In this document: one piece after another, positions 1 through 8,786 of the stretch
Layout: each line of letters starts with the position of its first letter
Position numbering within the stretch: position 1 is the first letter of the stretch
Origin: a virus
Length of the DNA: 64,000 nt
Strand: one strand, 5' to 3'
IMG/VR virus record: IMGVR_UViG_3300049847_000416
Location: 1-64,000 of that record
Notes under the pieces: model-generated
What the model saw: only the letters and a program-made list of their open reading frames with translations
Told to the model about the DNA's origin: nothing
Databases searched by the model: none
Translations under genes and position numbers: made by a program

Positions 1-1112
1 GGCGGTGGGGGAGCCGCGTTCTTACGAGCCGGAGGCGGCGGGGGAGCCGGAGCAGCCGTCTTACGAGCAGCAGGTGCAGCAGGCGGGGTCGCCACAGGAG
101 TAGCCGCACGAGCAGCCGTAGGCGGAGCAGCAGCCGCTGTAGGGCGAGGCGTAGGGCGCGGAGCCGTGGTCTGGACAGGAGCAGCCGTGGGCGGAGGCGG
201 AGGGACCTCGAACGGAACTTCTTCAGCTTCAGCTTCAGTTTCCGCTTCAGTTTCCGCTGGGGCGTCAACCGGTTCATCCCAAGTGGAGTAATCCACTTCC
301 TCAACGGGAGCCTCTTCCTCAGGAGTCTCGTCCTCAGGAGTCTCGTCCTCAAGGTAGTCGTAGGTGGGACCACCGTCCCCGTCACTGCTGGGCATGGTTG
401 CCGCAGTGTACCGCTGAACCTTCACATCCTTGCTCCACGCGGCTCCATCCGCCGCGAGTTGCGCCATGTCCTCAGAGTAGGCTGCCACTTCTACTTCCGG
501 TCTAGCCGAGAAAATTTCTTTCGGCACAGCCGGAATGTCCGACAGGATCGAACTCTTGTAGGACGCACGGTTCTCGCCGCCGAATCCTTCGCCCTTCTTG
601 TTGATGTTGAGCGCTGCGCCGCTCGCCGGATGGCAAGCGTCACCAGGGAAGTCCATGATTAGGCGGAAGTAGGAGGCACCCCAGGAGGCTGCCCCACCGA
701 TGGTGATGGAGAAAATTTTCGCCGGGCTGAACTTTCCGTCGGCTCCGAATTCCGTGATGCAGCACAAGCCATCTTTCTTGGCTCGGCTGTCATCGGCCAA
801 CTTGCCCGCCATCACATCCGGCTTTCCGTTGGGCAACTTGCGGGATGTCAGATCCGGCAGCATGGTGTCACAGATGAGGCACCCAGCCCCATTTGAGCCA
901 AGGACCTCGTCGTACCCGCAGGTAACGTATCCTTTGAACTCGCCGTACTTGATATAGTGCCTCAAGACGACGATGAAAGGCGGCAACTCCGAATTCGGCT
1001 TCCAGCCCTTGATGGGGGGAACCAACCGATGGGGATTATCTCCCTGTTTCGGCTTGAAAAACGCCGTAGCGGCTCCCACCTTCGAGCGCATTTGATCGCG
1101 CCAGTTAATCAT
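1..1112 (-). CDS. T4 gp32-like single-stranded DNA-binding protein (3' end runs off window)
   Basis: Not in the ORF track. Manual translation from ATG 1112: MINWRDQMRSKVGAATAFFKPKQGDNPHRLVPP...RHYIKY...VTCGYDEVLGSNGAGCLICD, matching the FFK..G.N..R..P plus H/C/CxxC zinc pattern of gp32-like SSBs. An acidic tail (EDETPEDETPEEE) and a Pro/Ala-rich tail follow. Confidence 0.75.
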   Translation of the reverse strand, partial: MINWRDQMRSKVGAATAFFKPKQGDNPHRLVPPIKGWKPNSELPPFIVVLRHYIKYGEFKGYVTCGYDEVLGSNGAGCLICDTMLPDLTSRKLPNGKPDVMAGKLADDSRAKKDGLCCITEFGADGKFSPAKIFSITIGGAASWGASYFRLIMDFPGDACHPASGAALNINKKGEGFGGENRASYKSSILSDIPAVPKEIFSARPEVEVAAYSEDMAQLAADGAAWSKDVKVQRYTAATMPSSDGDGGPTYDYLEDETPEDETPEEEAPVEEVDYSTWDEPVDAPAETEAETEAEAEEVPFEVPPPPPTAAPVQTTAPRPTPRPTAAAAPPTAARAATPVATPPAAPAARKTAAPAPPPPPARKNAAPPP

Positions 1113-1563
1113 GATTATTGTTTGCTTTCTCGCTGATTCCGGGCTCAGACGCAGCCACACATGAAGTGTCTAACGAGGCGATGGCTTCCGCCATCGTCTT
1201 GAACTTGGGACGCCCGTCGGTTGCTAGGAGGTGGAGATTCTCCCCGCGTACGATAAATGGCAGTGCGCCCCAACCGTTCCTAGTATAGTATAGCATAACC
1301 GGGTGACCGTCTCGGGTTCCTCGGGCGATCACCTGGAAGGTTTTGGCCAGCCAACCTGACGGCGTCCAGGGCCGGCGATCCCACATGATGTTGTGGGTCT
1401 TTACCGGGTAGGCGTGAAACAGATTGAGAATTGCGAGCGCTGCCCTTGCCGTTCCAACGCCGATGATCTCCACCACCAGCAGGATGGTTCGGATCACGAG
1501 GTAGGCTACGCCAAAGACCAGAAAGAGTAGGATATTCCAGAGTCCCTTGAAAAACTTCTTCAC
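1105..1563 (-). CDS. hypothetical membrane protein
   Basis: GTG 1563 overlaps the upstream stop (GTGA); long hydrophobic N-terminal segment. Confidence 0.6.
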   Translation of the reverse strand: MKKFFKGLWNILLFLVFGVAYLVIRTILLVVEIIGVGTARAALAILNLFHAYPVKTHNIMWDRRPWTPSGWLAKTFQVIARGTRDGHPVMLYYTRNGWGALPFIVRGENLHLLATDGRPKFKTMAEAIASLDTSCVAASEPGISEKANNNHD

Positions 1564-1967
1564 GTGGTGGCCCTCTGTGAGTAGTGCAGCGACTTGAGTA
1601 TTTCCAACCGTTCCTTGTGCAACTCGCGGGCAAGCCGCAAGCACTCCAAGTTCGTCTTGGCCACGTCGATAGCTTCCTGCGCCCCTTGGACACAGTGATG
1701 ACCCTGGAGCATGGATTTCATGGCGTCTGCCGTGTACTTCACGCCGTCTGCCAGGAACTCAGACCGAATTTGCTCATACACGAAATCGTAGTTCCGGTCC
1801 GCCGTCGCCACATTCGCGTGCGCCGTGCGGAACACTTGCATCCAATCTGAAAACGGAATTACGTGGGTCTGGAGAGCCGCGTCGATATCAGCGTCCACGC
1901 GGAAATCAAGCTGGTCGCAGAAAATTTCTGGAGTCAGCGGTTCGGGGATAGGGAGTTTCTTCTTCAT
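1560..1967 (-). CDS. UvsY-like recombination mediator
   Basis: ATGA-coupled start at 1967; 135-aa helical protein with KYTADAMKSML...AKTNLECL...ERLEILKSL pattern; close to the SSB gene. Confidence 0.55.
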   Translation of the reverse strand: MKKKLPIPEPLTPEIFCDQLDFRVDADIDAALQTHVIPFSDWMQVFRTAHANVATADRNYDFVYEQIRSEFLADGVKYTADAMKSMLQGHHCVQGAQEAIDVAKTNLECLRLARELHKERLEILKSLHYSQRATT

Positions 1968-2236
1968 TTGCCGTCCTTGAGTCCGAGGTAGGGAGCCAGG
2001 GCTTCTGTGTTGCGGTCCACAGAAGCCAAGATAATTTGCTCCATGTTCCACAGTTGAGCGTGCGGATCGTCGCCCATGGGCTCAGACATCCCGCTCTCGA
2101 CCTCGATTACTTGGTAGTTCTTGCATAGCTGCACCCGCACTTTGCACCACACTTTCCCGGCGTCGGTGCCAGATGCGCTGTCTTTGGTATCGAAGTCTTG
2201 CGCTGTTGCAACGACCTCAGTTTTCTTCGCCATCAT
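1964..2236 (-). CDS. hypothetical protein
   Basis: ORF track; stop overlaps the next start. Confidence 0.6.
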   Translation of the reverse strand: MMAKKTEVVATAQDFDTKDSASGTDAGKVWCKVRVQLCKNYQVIEVESGMSEPMGDDPHAQLWNMEQIILASVDRNTEALAPYLGLKDGK

Positions 2237-2327
2237 GTCCTTTCAATCTTCGTTCTAGCCACTCGTATAAGCAGATGCAGCCGACTGCAAAGCCACCTAC
2301 CAAACCGAAGAATACAAGCACCATCAT
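2217..2327 (-). CDS. small hypothetical membrane peptide (36 aa)
   Basis: MMVLVFFGLVGGFAVGCICLYEWLERRLK...; fills the gap after the polymerase gene. Confidence 0.4.
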   Translation of the reverse strand: MMVLVFFGLVGGFAVGCICLYEWLERRLKGHDGEEN

Positions 2328-2329
2328 TG

Positions 2330-5182
2330 TTAGATTAGCCTGTTCTGGTAGCCATACTCGATGGACTGGAAGTACTCGTCCTGCCAGTACTTGATCAGCC
2401 AGTTCAAAAGCAGGTCACCGGGCTCAGTCAGTTCCTTGTCAAACATCGCTTCCGTTCCCATCGTGTAGCCATAGGATGGCTCCGCGACCACGGGGATGTC
2501 AAAATTCACACCAAAGACTTCACGGGAGTAATCCACGTTGGCTTGCTCCATGAGGTGCTGGATCTGGTCACGGCCTTCTAGAATATCTCGCAGCGCCACC
2601 TTGGCGTAGAACGCGTCATGGACTTCGAGACTCAAGCCGGAATTGGTGCCCGTGACAATCAACGGGTAGTCATCAGGCCGCTCGGCCAGCACGGCCAGGG
2701 AGCACAACATGAGTTGGTGAGCAGAGCCCTGTACTTCTGTATTGACGCTGACATTCGCCATGTTGGTTTTCACCACTTTGGAGTTAATGTGTCTTACAAA
2801 TCCCCACTCTGTGACAATCTGTCCGGTGGCTTCGTATTCCGCGTGCTGAGCGTCGATAAATTGCTTGACCAGCGGGAATGCTTCGAAGTAGGCTGCGTGC
2901 AGAGCGGCAGCTTCCGCCTGCGTAATGTCTGGCACCATGGGTTTCATGTAGTAATACAGACCTGTGGGTGAGAGACCGTAGGCTAGACCAAAGTTGAGAT
3001 TCTTGACGCGGGTGCGGAGCTTCTTATTGCTGAGCACGTACTCATACGTGCCCAATCCCATCATCTCGCCGACAGCGGCATGGATGTCGCGTCCACTCTC
3101 AAAGATGGCTTTGAGATTGGGATCCTGTGACAGCCAGGCAATAACACGAGACTCTGCACCACCCAAATCGGAAATCAGCAGAGTGTTCATCGCCAGCAAC
3201 CACTGTGGTAATGCCAACTTCTTCCGCATCTTGGTGAAGTCGTTCTTGATAGCTTCTTTGAACAGTTTGTGTTCGTCGGCGTTCGAACTCGGGCGCGGAG
3301 CTTTCCGCAGCATTTTCAACACGGGTTCCGCGTGGGTCAACACGCGCCGCCAGTGGGCGTCCGAACAAATGCAATTTTTGACAAACCCAGCACGAGGAAC
3401 GTTCTGAAGATTGAGCTTCCGCGTAAGGCCCGTTGGCTTATCTTTCTCACCAGACGAGCGGAGGCGTCCCGACGCTGCGCCGGCCACCTGGAAACGTGTA
3501 CGAACTTCCCCATTGTAGAAAGACGCAGACTCCTGGAATTTCAGAGCATACTGGGCGTGCTTAGAAATCGTGCGATATTCGAGAATGGCTTTCGGGAATG
3601 GGTGATCCGTTTCGTGTGCGATGCGGGTTAACGCGTTGGCATCCGTAACGTTGGGATCGTCTTCGTCATCCACGTCATCATCAATGTCTCCCAGGCGAGG
3701 AAGCTTGAAGACATCAAACATGTACTTCTTCACCGCTGGCCCGGATCCTGGATTGAACGTGGTGTCCTTGGTAAGCTGGATCAAGTCTTCCTGGATCGTC
3801 AGCAACTTCAGTTGAGCCGTCTGGGCGACCAGTTTACAGTGATCCGGGTCCGCGTATAGGCCGTTGTCCTCCGCCCTGCGAAGGGCGATAGACGCTCCGA
3901 TATAGCACCGCATGAGCGGAGCCGGCACGTCGTCGGAGTAGAGCACGTCGGCTTTGTGGGTGAGGATCCCGTCAGCCCCGTTGTATTGGACCAAAATATC
4001 TAGGGGGCAGTTGGCAAGACCGACGAATCCTCGATCACTCGACGCCGACTCTTCATCGGTTCCGTCTGCTTTCGCATAGTATTGTGAGACGACGGTTTTG
4101 TAACCCGCGAATAGGGGGAACTCCCGTTGTGCAATCGCTTCCAAGCCGTGTTTGCGATGGTATGACTCTCGCAGGTAAGAACCAATGAGCGTGTCGAACT
4201 GATACCCATTGACAACAAACTGGAACTTGTCTTCCAGTTCGATGGAGTCATACGCTCCGTATTGAAAAGTCTTGGGAATAGTTTCATCCGCCAAGAATTC
4301 GTAGAATAGCTGCCAGATTCCGTTTTTCTCAGACTCCCAGTATTCATTATCCGGGTGGTCCATGACCAACACGTGACTGTATTCATCAGTAACCGTAAAG
4401 CAGCAGCACAACAAGCGCCCGTGTCCATCGTCTTCGATGTCCAAGGTCACGCGCCGATCAATGCTTTTCAGCCAGTCCTTAAGTTCCCGAAATTCGGCGG
4501 CTGTGTAGATGGGCCGCACGTCCAGGGAGTGCAACCAGGCGTACCGGCCAGGATTGTTGACGTGCCAGGCAGCCGCATTCAACAGGCGAAAGAACGCAGG
4601 ACTATCCTCCGCTACGCCGGTGAGCACCGACTTGGTGGGCAGCGGTAGAACATACACGGTCGCTTGCAAGTCTTCGCGCCAGAATACCGGAGCGTCCATC
4701 TTGTACACGCCGGGACTGTGCGTCTTTCCCGCGTGGTAGCCAAACATCACGATAACTGACGGACTCGTCCGTCGTTGTGCTTGAACCGCCGTGATCGTTT
4801 GAGTGTGGGTCGAACACGAGTTATAGTCTGCTTCGGTCGGCTTGGACAGCAGCCGGTTTCCGTTCATCTCATGAACCGGCGCACACTTCACAGAGTAGTG
4901 AAGCTGGAAGCGCTCAAAAGGCAACCCATAGTCCGCCATGACGCGGCTGAGTTGGTTCCAATCAGACGTAGGATGCCCTGTCATGCCAGGGTAAGGCAAC
5001 CACAATTCTGGCTTGTCGCTGATCACAGCGGTATCCAGAAATTTTCGGGAACCGCAGTCGGTGAGTGCACACTCCTCGCACCCCGTCTGCACGCCTTCAA
5101 TCCGGCGTGACATCGGCTTCCCTGCCGATGAGAGGGTGATAGGTTCTCCATCCAGGAACGATTTCCAGATTGACTTTGCCAT
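2330..5182 (-). CDS. polA: family A DNA polymerase with N-terminal uracil-DNA-glycosylase-like domain and 3'-5' exonuclease
   Basis: ExoI TLDIED, ExoII YGAYD, ExoIII YNGAD; SGRLRSS...NLQNVPR; motif A ISDLGGAESR; motif B RTRVKNLNFGLAYG; NTEVQGSA; motif C EVHDA. N-terminal CEECAL...VKC...C fits the family-4 UDG Cys pattern seen in SPO1-type polymerases. Confidence 0.92.
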   Translation of the reverse strand: MAKSIWKSFLDGEPITLSSAGKPMSRRIEGVQTGCEECALTDCGSRKFLDTAVISDKPELWLPYPGMTGHPTSDWNQLSRVMADYGLPFERFQLHYSVKCAPVHEMNGNRLLSKPTEADYNSCSTHTQTITAVQAQRRTSPSVIVMFGYHAGKTHSPGVYKMDAPVFWREDLQATVYVLPLPTKSVLTGVAEDSPAFFRLLNAAAWHVNNPGRYAWLHSLDVRPIYTAAEFRELKDWLKSIDRRVTLDIEDDGHGRLLCCCFTVTDEYSHVLVMDHPDNEYWESEKNGIWQLFYEFLADETIPKTFQYGAYDSIELEDKFQFVVNGYQFDTLIGSYLRESYHRKHGLEAIAQREFPLFAGYKTVVSQYYAKADGTDEESASSDRGFVGLANCPLDILVQYNGADGILTHKADVLYSDDVPAPLMRCYIGASIALRRAEDNGLYADPDHCKLVAQTAQLKLLTIQEDLIQLTKDTTFNPGSGPAVKKYMFDVFKLPRLGDIDDDVDDEDDPNVTDANALTRIAHETDHPFPKAILEYRTISKHAQYALKFQESASFYNGEVRTRFQVAGAASGRLRSSGEKDKPTGLTRKLNLQNVPRAGFVKNCICSDAHWRRVLTHAEPVLKMLRKAPRPSSNADEHKLFKEAIKNDFTKMRKKLALPQWLLAMNTLLISDLGGAESRVIAWLSQDPNLKAIFESGRDIHAAVGEMMGLGTYEYVLSNKKLRTRVKNLNFGLAYGLSPTGLYYYMKPMVPDITQAEAAALHAAYFEAFPLVKQFIDAQHAEYEATGQIVTEWGFVRHINSKVVKTNMANVSVNTEVQGSAHQLMLCSLAVLAERPDDYPLIVTGTNSGLSLEVHDAFYAKVALRDILEGRDQIQHLMEQANVDYSREVFGVNFDIPVVAEPSYGYTMGTEAMFDKELTEPGDLLLNWLIKYWQDEYFQSIEYGYQNRLI

Positions 5183-6211
5183 TTACAGAGTCCGAGTCAA
5201 CATCAATGCTGGGTGCGCCAGCCCTTCTTCCTCAAACAAGCATAGCGCCACTGGGGACGTTGGGTCAACCCCGAGTGTACACGCCAGTCCGGGGGGCGCG
5301 AACGCCATAAATTTGAGTAATGGCGCAATCGGAATCGTCATCTCAAACGTTCCGGTAGCTGAGCACGGAATCTCCAGAGTGACTTGCGACCCAGCACTCT
5401 TGAGAGATAGGATGGCTTGCCCCGTGGGGTCCGCTTGAACGTGGAGAGCTTGGTCTTCCGCAGACCACGGCTTTAGCGCTTCCAACAAGTCTGCCGGCCA
5501 GAAGGTCAGCATGTTCGCCAGATTCTCGTAGGCGCGAGCGTACACCTTCGCCACTTTCCCAAACACGGGATGTGGGTCGTACGCGCTGCGTAGTCCGAGA
5601 TACCAGCCGTGCTCGTCGATGACCGCCAACTCGTTGTTTGCCTGCTCGTAAACAGTGACTTCAGTATCTACGTCAAACAAACGCGCTGGCAGATACGCAG
5701 ACGTGGTTGTCAAGTTTTGTGGCACAAAAACTGCGGCCACCGCATCCGTAGCGACTAAGTTACCATTCAACAGAGCCACCCCTGCCATCGTGCGATTGTT
5801 CGAGCGGTAGGCTCGGATCATGCGGGTTACCGCTGGCGTGAGTTCAAACACGCTGCGCGCCATCTCTTTGTATCGCGCAAGATCCGCCGGCGGCTTTGTG
5901 TGTATGTGGGGAATCGGGCTAATGGGCATCTTGGCCGTGCCCTTTCCCTTCACGTTCAACGCAGTTTCTGAAAACTTGAGGGTGATCGCATCCACTCCGT
6001 TGGATACCCGGAGAAGGGTGGGCATCACCACCGTAGTGGACGGATGATCGGTCACGTCTGTGATTTTGCATTGGGTCACCCCGAGGGTATTTGCCCACAG
6101 GTGGCCTTGCACAAAACTGGCTGTAGCTCCAGCTTTGAGAGCAGCATAGCCGGAGATGAAATCAATCGCGGCAGTCAACCGCGAAGCATCGAGAGTAAGA
6201 GAACTGGTCAT
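5183..6211 (-). CDS. beta-clamp-like DNA sliding clamp
   Basis: 342 aa, ATGA-coupled start at 6211; GVALLNGNLVATDA resembles the DnaN VATDG motif; directly upstream of the polymerase. Confidence 0.55.
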   Translation of the reverse strand: MTSSLTLDASRLTAAIDFISGYAALKAGATASFVQGHLWANTLGVTQCKITDVTDHPSTTVVMPTLLRVSNGVDAITLKFSETALNVKGKGTAKMPISPIPHIHTKPPADLARYKEMARSVFELTPAVTRMIRAYRSNNRTMAGVALLNGNLVATDAVAAVFVPQNLTTTSAYLPARLFDVDTEVTVYEQANNELAVIDEHGWYLGLRSAYDPHPVFGKVAKVYARAYENLANMLTFWPADLLEALKPWSAEDQALHVQADPTGQAILSLKSAGSQVTLEIPCSATGTFEMTIPIAPLLKFMAFAPPGLACTLGVDPTSPVALCLFEEEGLAHPALMLTRTL

Positions 6212-6570
6212 ACGTTTTCGTCCGTAAAGGGGCGCAGATTGCGAAGTTTCAAGTGGGTGGGGGTGATGAGGATGTCCCACATCCATCCGTTCTTAGTAAC
6301 ACCAGCGGTCAAGCGGCGGCGGAGCCAGGCGGCATCCACTTCGGCCCAGGTGCAAATAGCATGGAAGTCTTTCCAGGCAACCCCTTCAGGCTTCAATGCC
6401 TGCCGCATAAATGCCGCTGTCAAGCTGCATTCTGCGACCGGAAAGTCAGGGCGCTGTTCCAGGTTCTCCCCTTTGAGTACCCATTGCCGGTATTTTTGCA
6501 CACGGTCATGGTTTGCTTTCACCGTGGCAGCACGAGCTTTTGCTATAGCTCGGAGATCAGTCGAAGACAT
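6208..6570 (-). CDS. hypothetical protein
   Basis: ORF track; coupled to the next gene. Confidence 0.6.
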   Translation of the reverse strand: MSSTDLRAIAKARAATVKANHDRVQKYRQWVLKGENLEQRPDFPVAECSLTAAFMRQALKPEGVAWKDFHAICTWAEVDAAWLRRRLTAGVTKNGWMWDILITPTHLKLRNLRPFTDENV

Positions 6571-6572
6571 GG

Positions 6573-6758
6573 TTACCTTTCTTGAATGCGCTTCAGCAAC
6601 ACGTGATGCTCAGGCGATGTAGCGGGCGCGTGCTCTGCACAAAGATTCAACTGGGCGGAAGCAACCAGGGCGTACACCTCCGCTACGGTGTAGGGACAAA
6701 AACACCGTGAACACATCCCAGCGATGTCAGGATATGATGCTTCAGAAAAAGGACTCAT
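6573..6758 (-). CDS. small Cys/His-rich (possible zinc-binding) protein
   Basis: CSRC...LCAEH; ATGA overlap at 6758. Confidence 0.45.
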   Translation of the reverse strand: MSPFSEASYPDIAGMCSRCFCPYTVAEVYALVASAQLNLCAEHAPATSPEHHVLLKRIQER

Positions 6759-7678
6759 ACAGGTCTCCACTTGTTGACGACATCAGCATATTGTAGCAGT
6801 TCCCGTGCGTCAACGTCGTAAACGCTCAGATTTTGCTGGAGTTGTTGGAGGCGTGCACGATGCGTAGCGGTACACGATACCCATTGGTTGAAGTGCTCCA
6901 GGTCCCGCAGGGCCTGATTAACTCCGTATTGTTCTTTCGCGTCTGGGAGATCGTAGACACGGCGGGGGACGTTCACCAAGGCAAACGTTTGCCGCCCCTG
7001 CTCCCACTGTTCCGGTGTCAGCAACTCCTGGAATTCTTCGCTTTGATCCCGGTCCAAGCGGACGCCGGCTTGAATGAGGGTAGTCGCTTTCACTGGCCCC
7101 AGGCCCGCGATACCACGGAGCGTATCGCTAGAGTCCCCGGTGATCGCCTTGAAGTGTGGGAACACGCTGGGCTCGAATCCGTACGTGCTTCGGAACGTGT
7201 CGGGCGTGAGCGTGCGGTAGTTGTTATCGCCAGCCCCCGGACACAAGATGCTTACCGTTTCAGATAGCAGACTTTGGTAGTCGCCGTCGTTCGACACAAT
7301 GACCACGGGAATTTTCCATACCCGTGTAATCCGGGTGGCCAGAATGCCGATAATGTCGTCTGCTTCCACGTAGGGGACTTCGATCACCGGGTGGCCCGCC
7401 GTGCGAAACATGTCCAAGATTTCGGGCATCAACTCATTTACGTGCACCTTATTTTTCTGCAATTGAGGTGCGTCCCTCTTCTTGTAGCCGGCGAACAGCC
7501 GACGACGCCAGGTCGGCATGATGCCATCATTGCAGATCACCACGCGCGTAGACCGCAACCTATGCATTACGCACTGCATCTTGTACAGGATGTCCAAGTG
7601 GGGAGCGTTTGCTCCCGCCCCGAATAGCGAGCGATACACCATGTTGCGTATGTCAACAAGGATTATAGGTTCGAGCAT
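6755..7678 (-). CDS. 5'-3' exonuclease / flap endonuclease
   Basis: IILVD..N..YR, EADDIIG, SNDGDY and GDSSD...GIAGLGPVKA (H3TH) motifs. Confidence 0.92.
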   Translation of the reverse strand: MLEPIILVDIRNMVYRSLFGAGANAPHLDILYKMQCVMHRLRSTRVVICNDGIMPTWRRRLFAGYKKRDAPQLQKNKVHVNELMPEILDMFRTAGHPVIEVPYVEADDIIGILATRITRVWKIPVVIVSNDGDYQSLLSETVSILCPGAGDNNYRTLTPDTFRSTYGFEPSVFPHFKAITGDSSDTLRGIAGLGPVKATTLIQAGVRLDRDQSEEFQELLTPEQWEQGRQTFALVNVPRRVYDLPDAKEQYGVNQALRDLEHFNQWVSCTATHRARLQQLQQNLSVYDVDARELLQYADVVNKWRPV

Positions 7679-8568
7679 TGTTCCATCCAGTCGTCCAGCT
7701 TTTCCTGCGTGACGAGAGCCACGCTATCCAGTACGTCGAAAACCCGTGGAGCAGTATCCTCATCGGCTTGCAGCAGCGGAAAAGGATCGGGGGCGTACAG
7801 TGTGACGCCATAGTCACGGGCCAACTGCCACGTCAATTTCATTCCAGTCACGCTAGGAATTGACAGAGGATCAGGGTAGTATACCATCTCGGTACAGCCC
7901 CCGTCCACTAGTTGCTCCATCTGAAACTCGGTCACCATGTTCCCGAGGCTGGCGGTCATTCCCAGTGTCGGGCTGGAGCAATACCGCTGGAGCGCCAAAG
8001 CCTTGAAAATCCCTTCCGCCACGACTGTGTACCGCTTCACACGGCCCCACAAAGCACGTTGCCCGCCAGGGGCCATGAGATACTTTGGCTCACTGTCTGG
8101 GTCTGTGGCACGTGCACACCAACTGTACAAGGTGCCCCCGCCAAAAACGGGAAAGACCAGTCGGTGATTGACTCGCGTGTCTGCGATCACGCCCCCAACG
8201 TACCATTCTTCATACTGGGCTGGCGTGATACCTCGGGCATCCCCGTACGCCCGAATCCGTCCGAGGCCCAAGCTGCTGGGACTAACGCCGGCCAATGGCG
8301 CAAAACCTTTGGGGAGGTCCATCACTGGCGCGGCAGCCGGAGCGAGGTTGGAGGCCAGGAGAACCACACCAGGGGTGGCTCCTAGCTGATGTAACAGGCT
8401 CCGAAGACTCCCACGCGTCCCACAATTGAAACAGTGGTAGGCATTCTTGGTGGTAGTGATCCCCAACCGGTATCGGGTGTCTCCACAATGGAAACAACAC
8501 AGTTGAAACCCATGAGGTTTCACCTTGAACCGAATACCCTTCGTGATGAAGAACTGGTCTAGCGTCAT
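7663..8568 (-). CDS. DnaG-type DNA primase (zinc finger + TOPRIM)
   Basis: CCFHC...YHCFNCG zinc finger; RLVFP; PKY; VVAEG; near the helicase gene. Confidence 0.8.
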   Translation of the reverse strand: MTLDQFFITKGIRFKVKPHGFQLCCFHCGDTRYRLGITTTKNAYHCFNCGTRGSLRSLLHQLGATPGVVLLASNLAPAAAPVMDLPKGFAPLAGVSPSSLGLGRIRAYGDARGITPAQYEEWYVGGVIADTRVNHRLVFPVFGGGTLYSWCARATDPDSEPKYLMAPGGQRALWGRVKRYTVVAEGIFKALALQRYCSSPTLGMTASLGNMVTEFQMEQLVDGGCTEMVYYPDPLSIPSVTGMKLTWQLARDYGVTLYAPDPFPLLQADEDTAPRVFDVLDSVALVTQEKLDDWMEQCSNL

Positions 8569-8786
8569 TCGGACACCGCAAACCACGCACGAACTCGGTT
8601 AGATTCAAAGAACCGTCGAATAACGAATCGCCGTCCGAAAGAAAGGGCAGTAAACGCGGGCATGCCCATCAGTGCCTGCCAGAAGCTGACCTTGAAAATC
8701 AGCATATTCAAAAACACGCCCAGCAGCACGCCCACAAGGCTGTCCAAGATTGTCTCGACCCACGACCCCAGCTTTGACTGTTTCAC
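8565..8786 (-). CDS. small membrane protein (DUF7220-like)
   Basis: QSKLGSWVE...G, two hydrophobic helices, then RFVIRRFFE. Confidence 0.6.
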   Translation of the reverse strand: MKQSKLGSWVETILDSLVGVLLGVFLNMLIFKVSFWQALMGMPAFTALSFGRRFVIRRFFESNRVRAWFAVSE

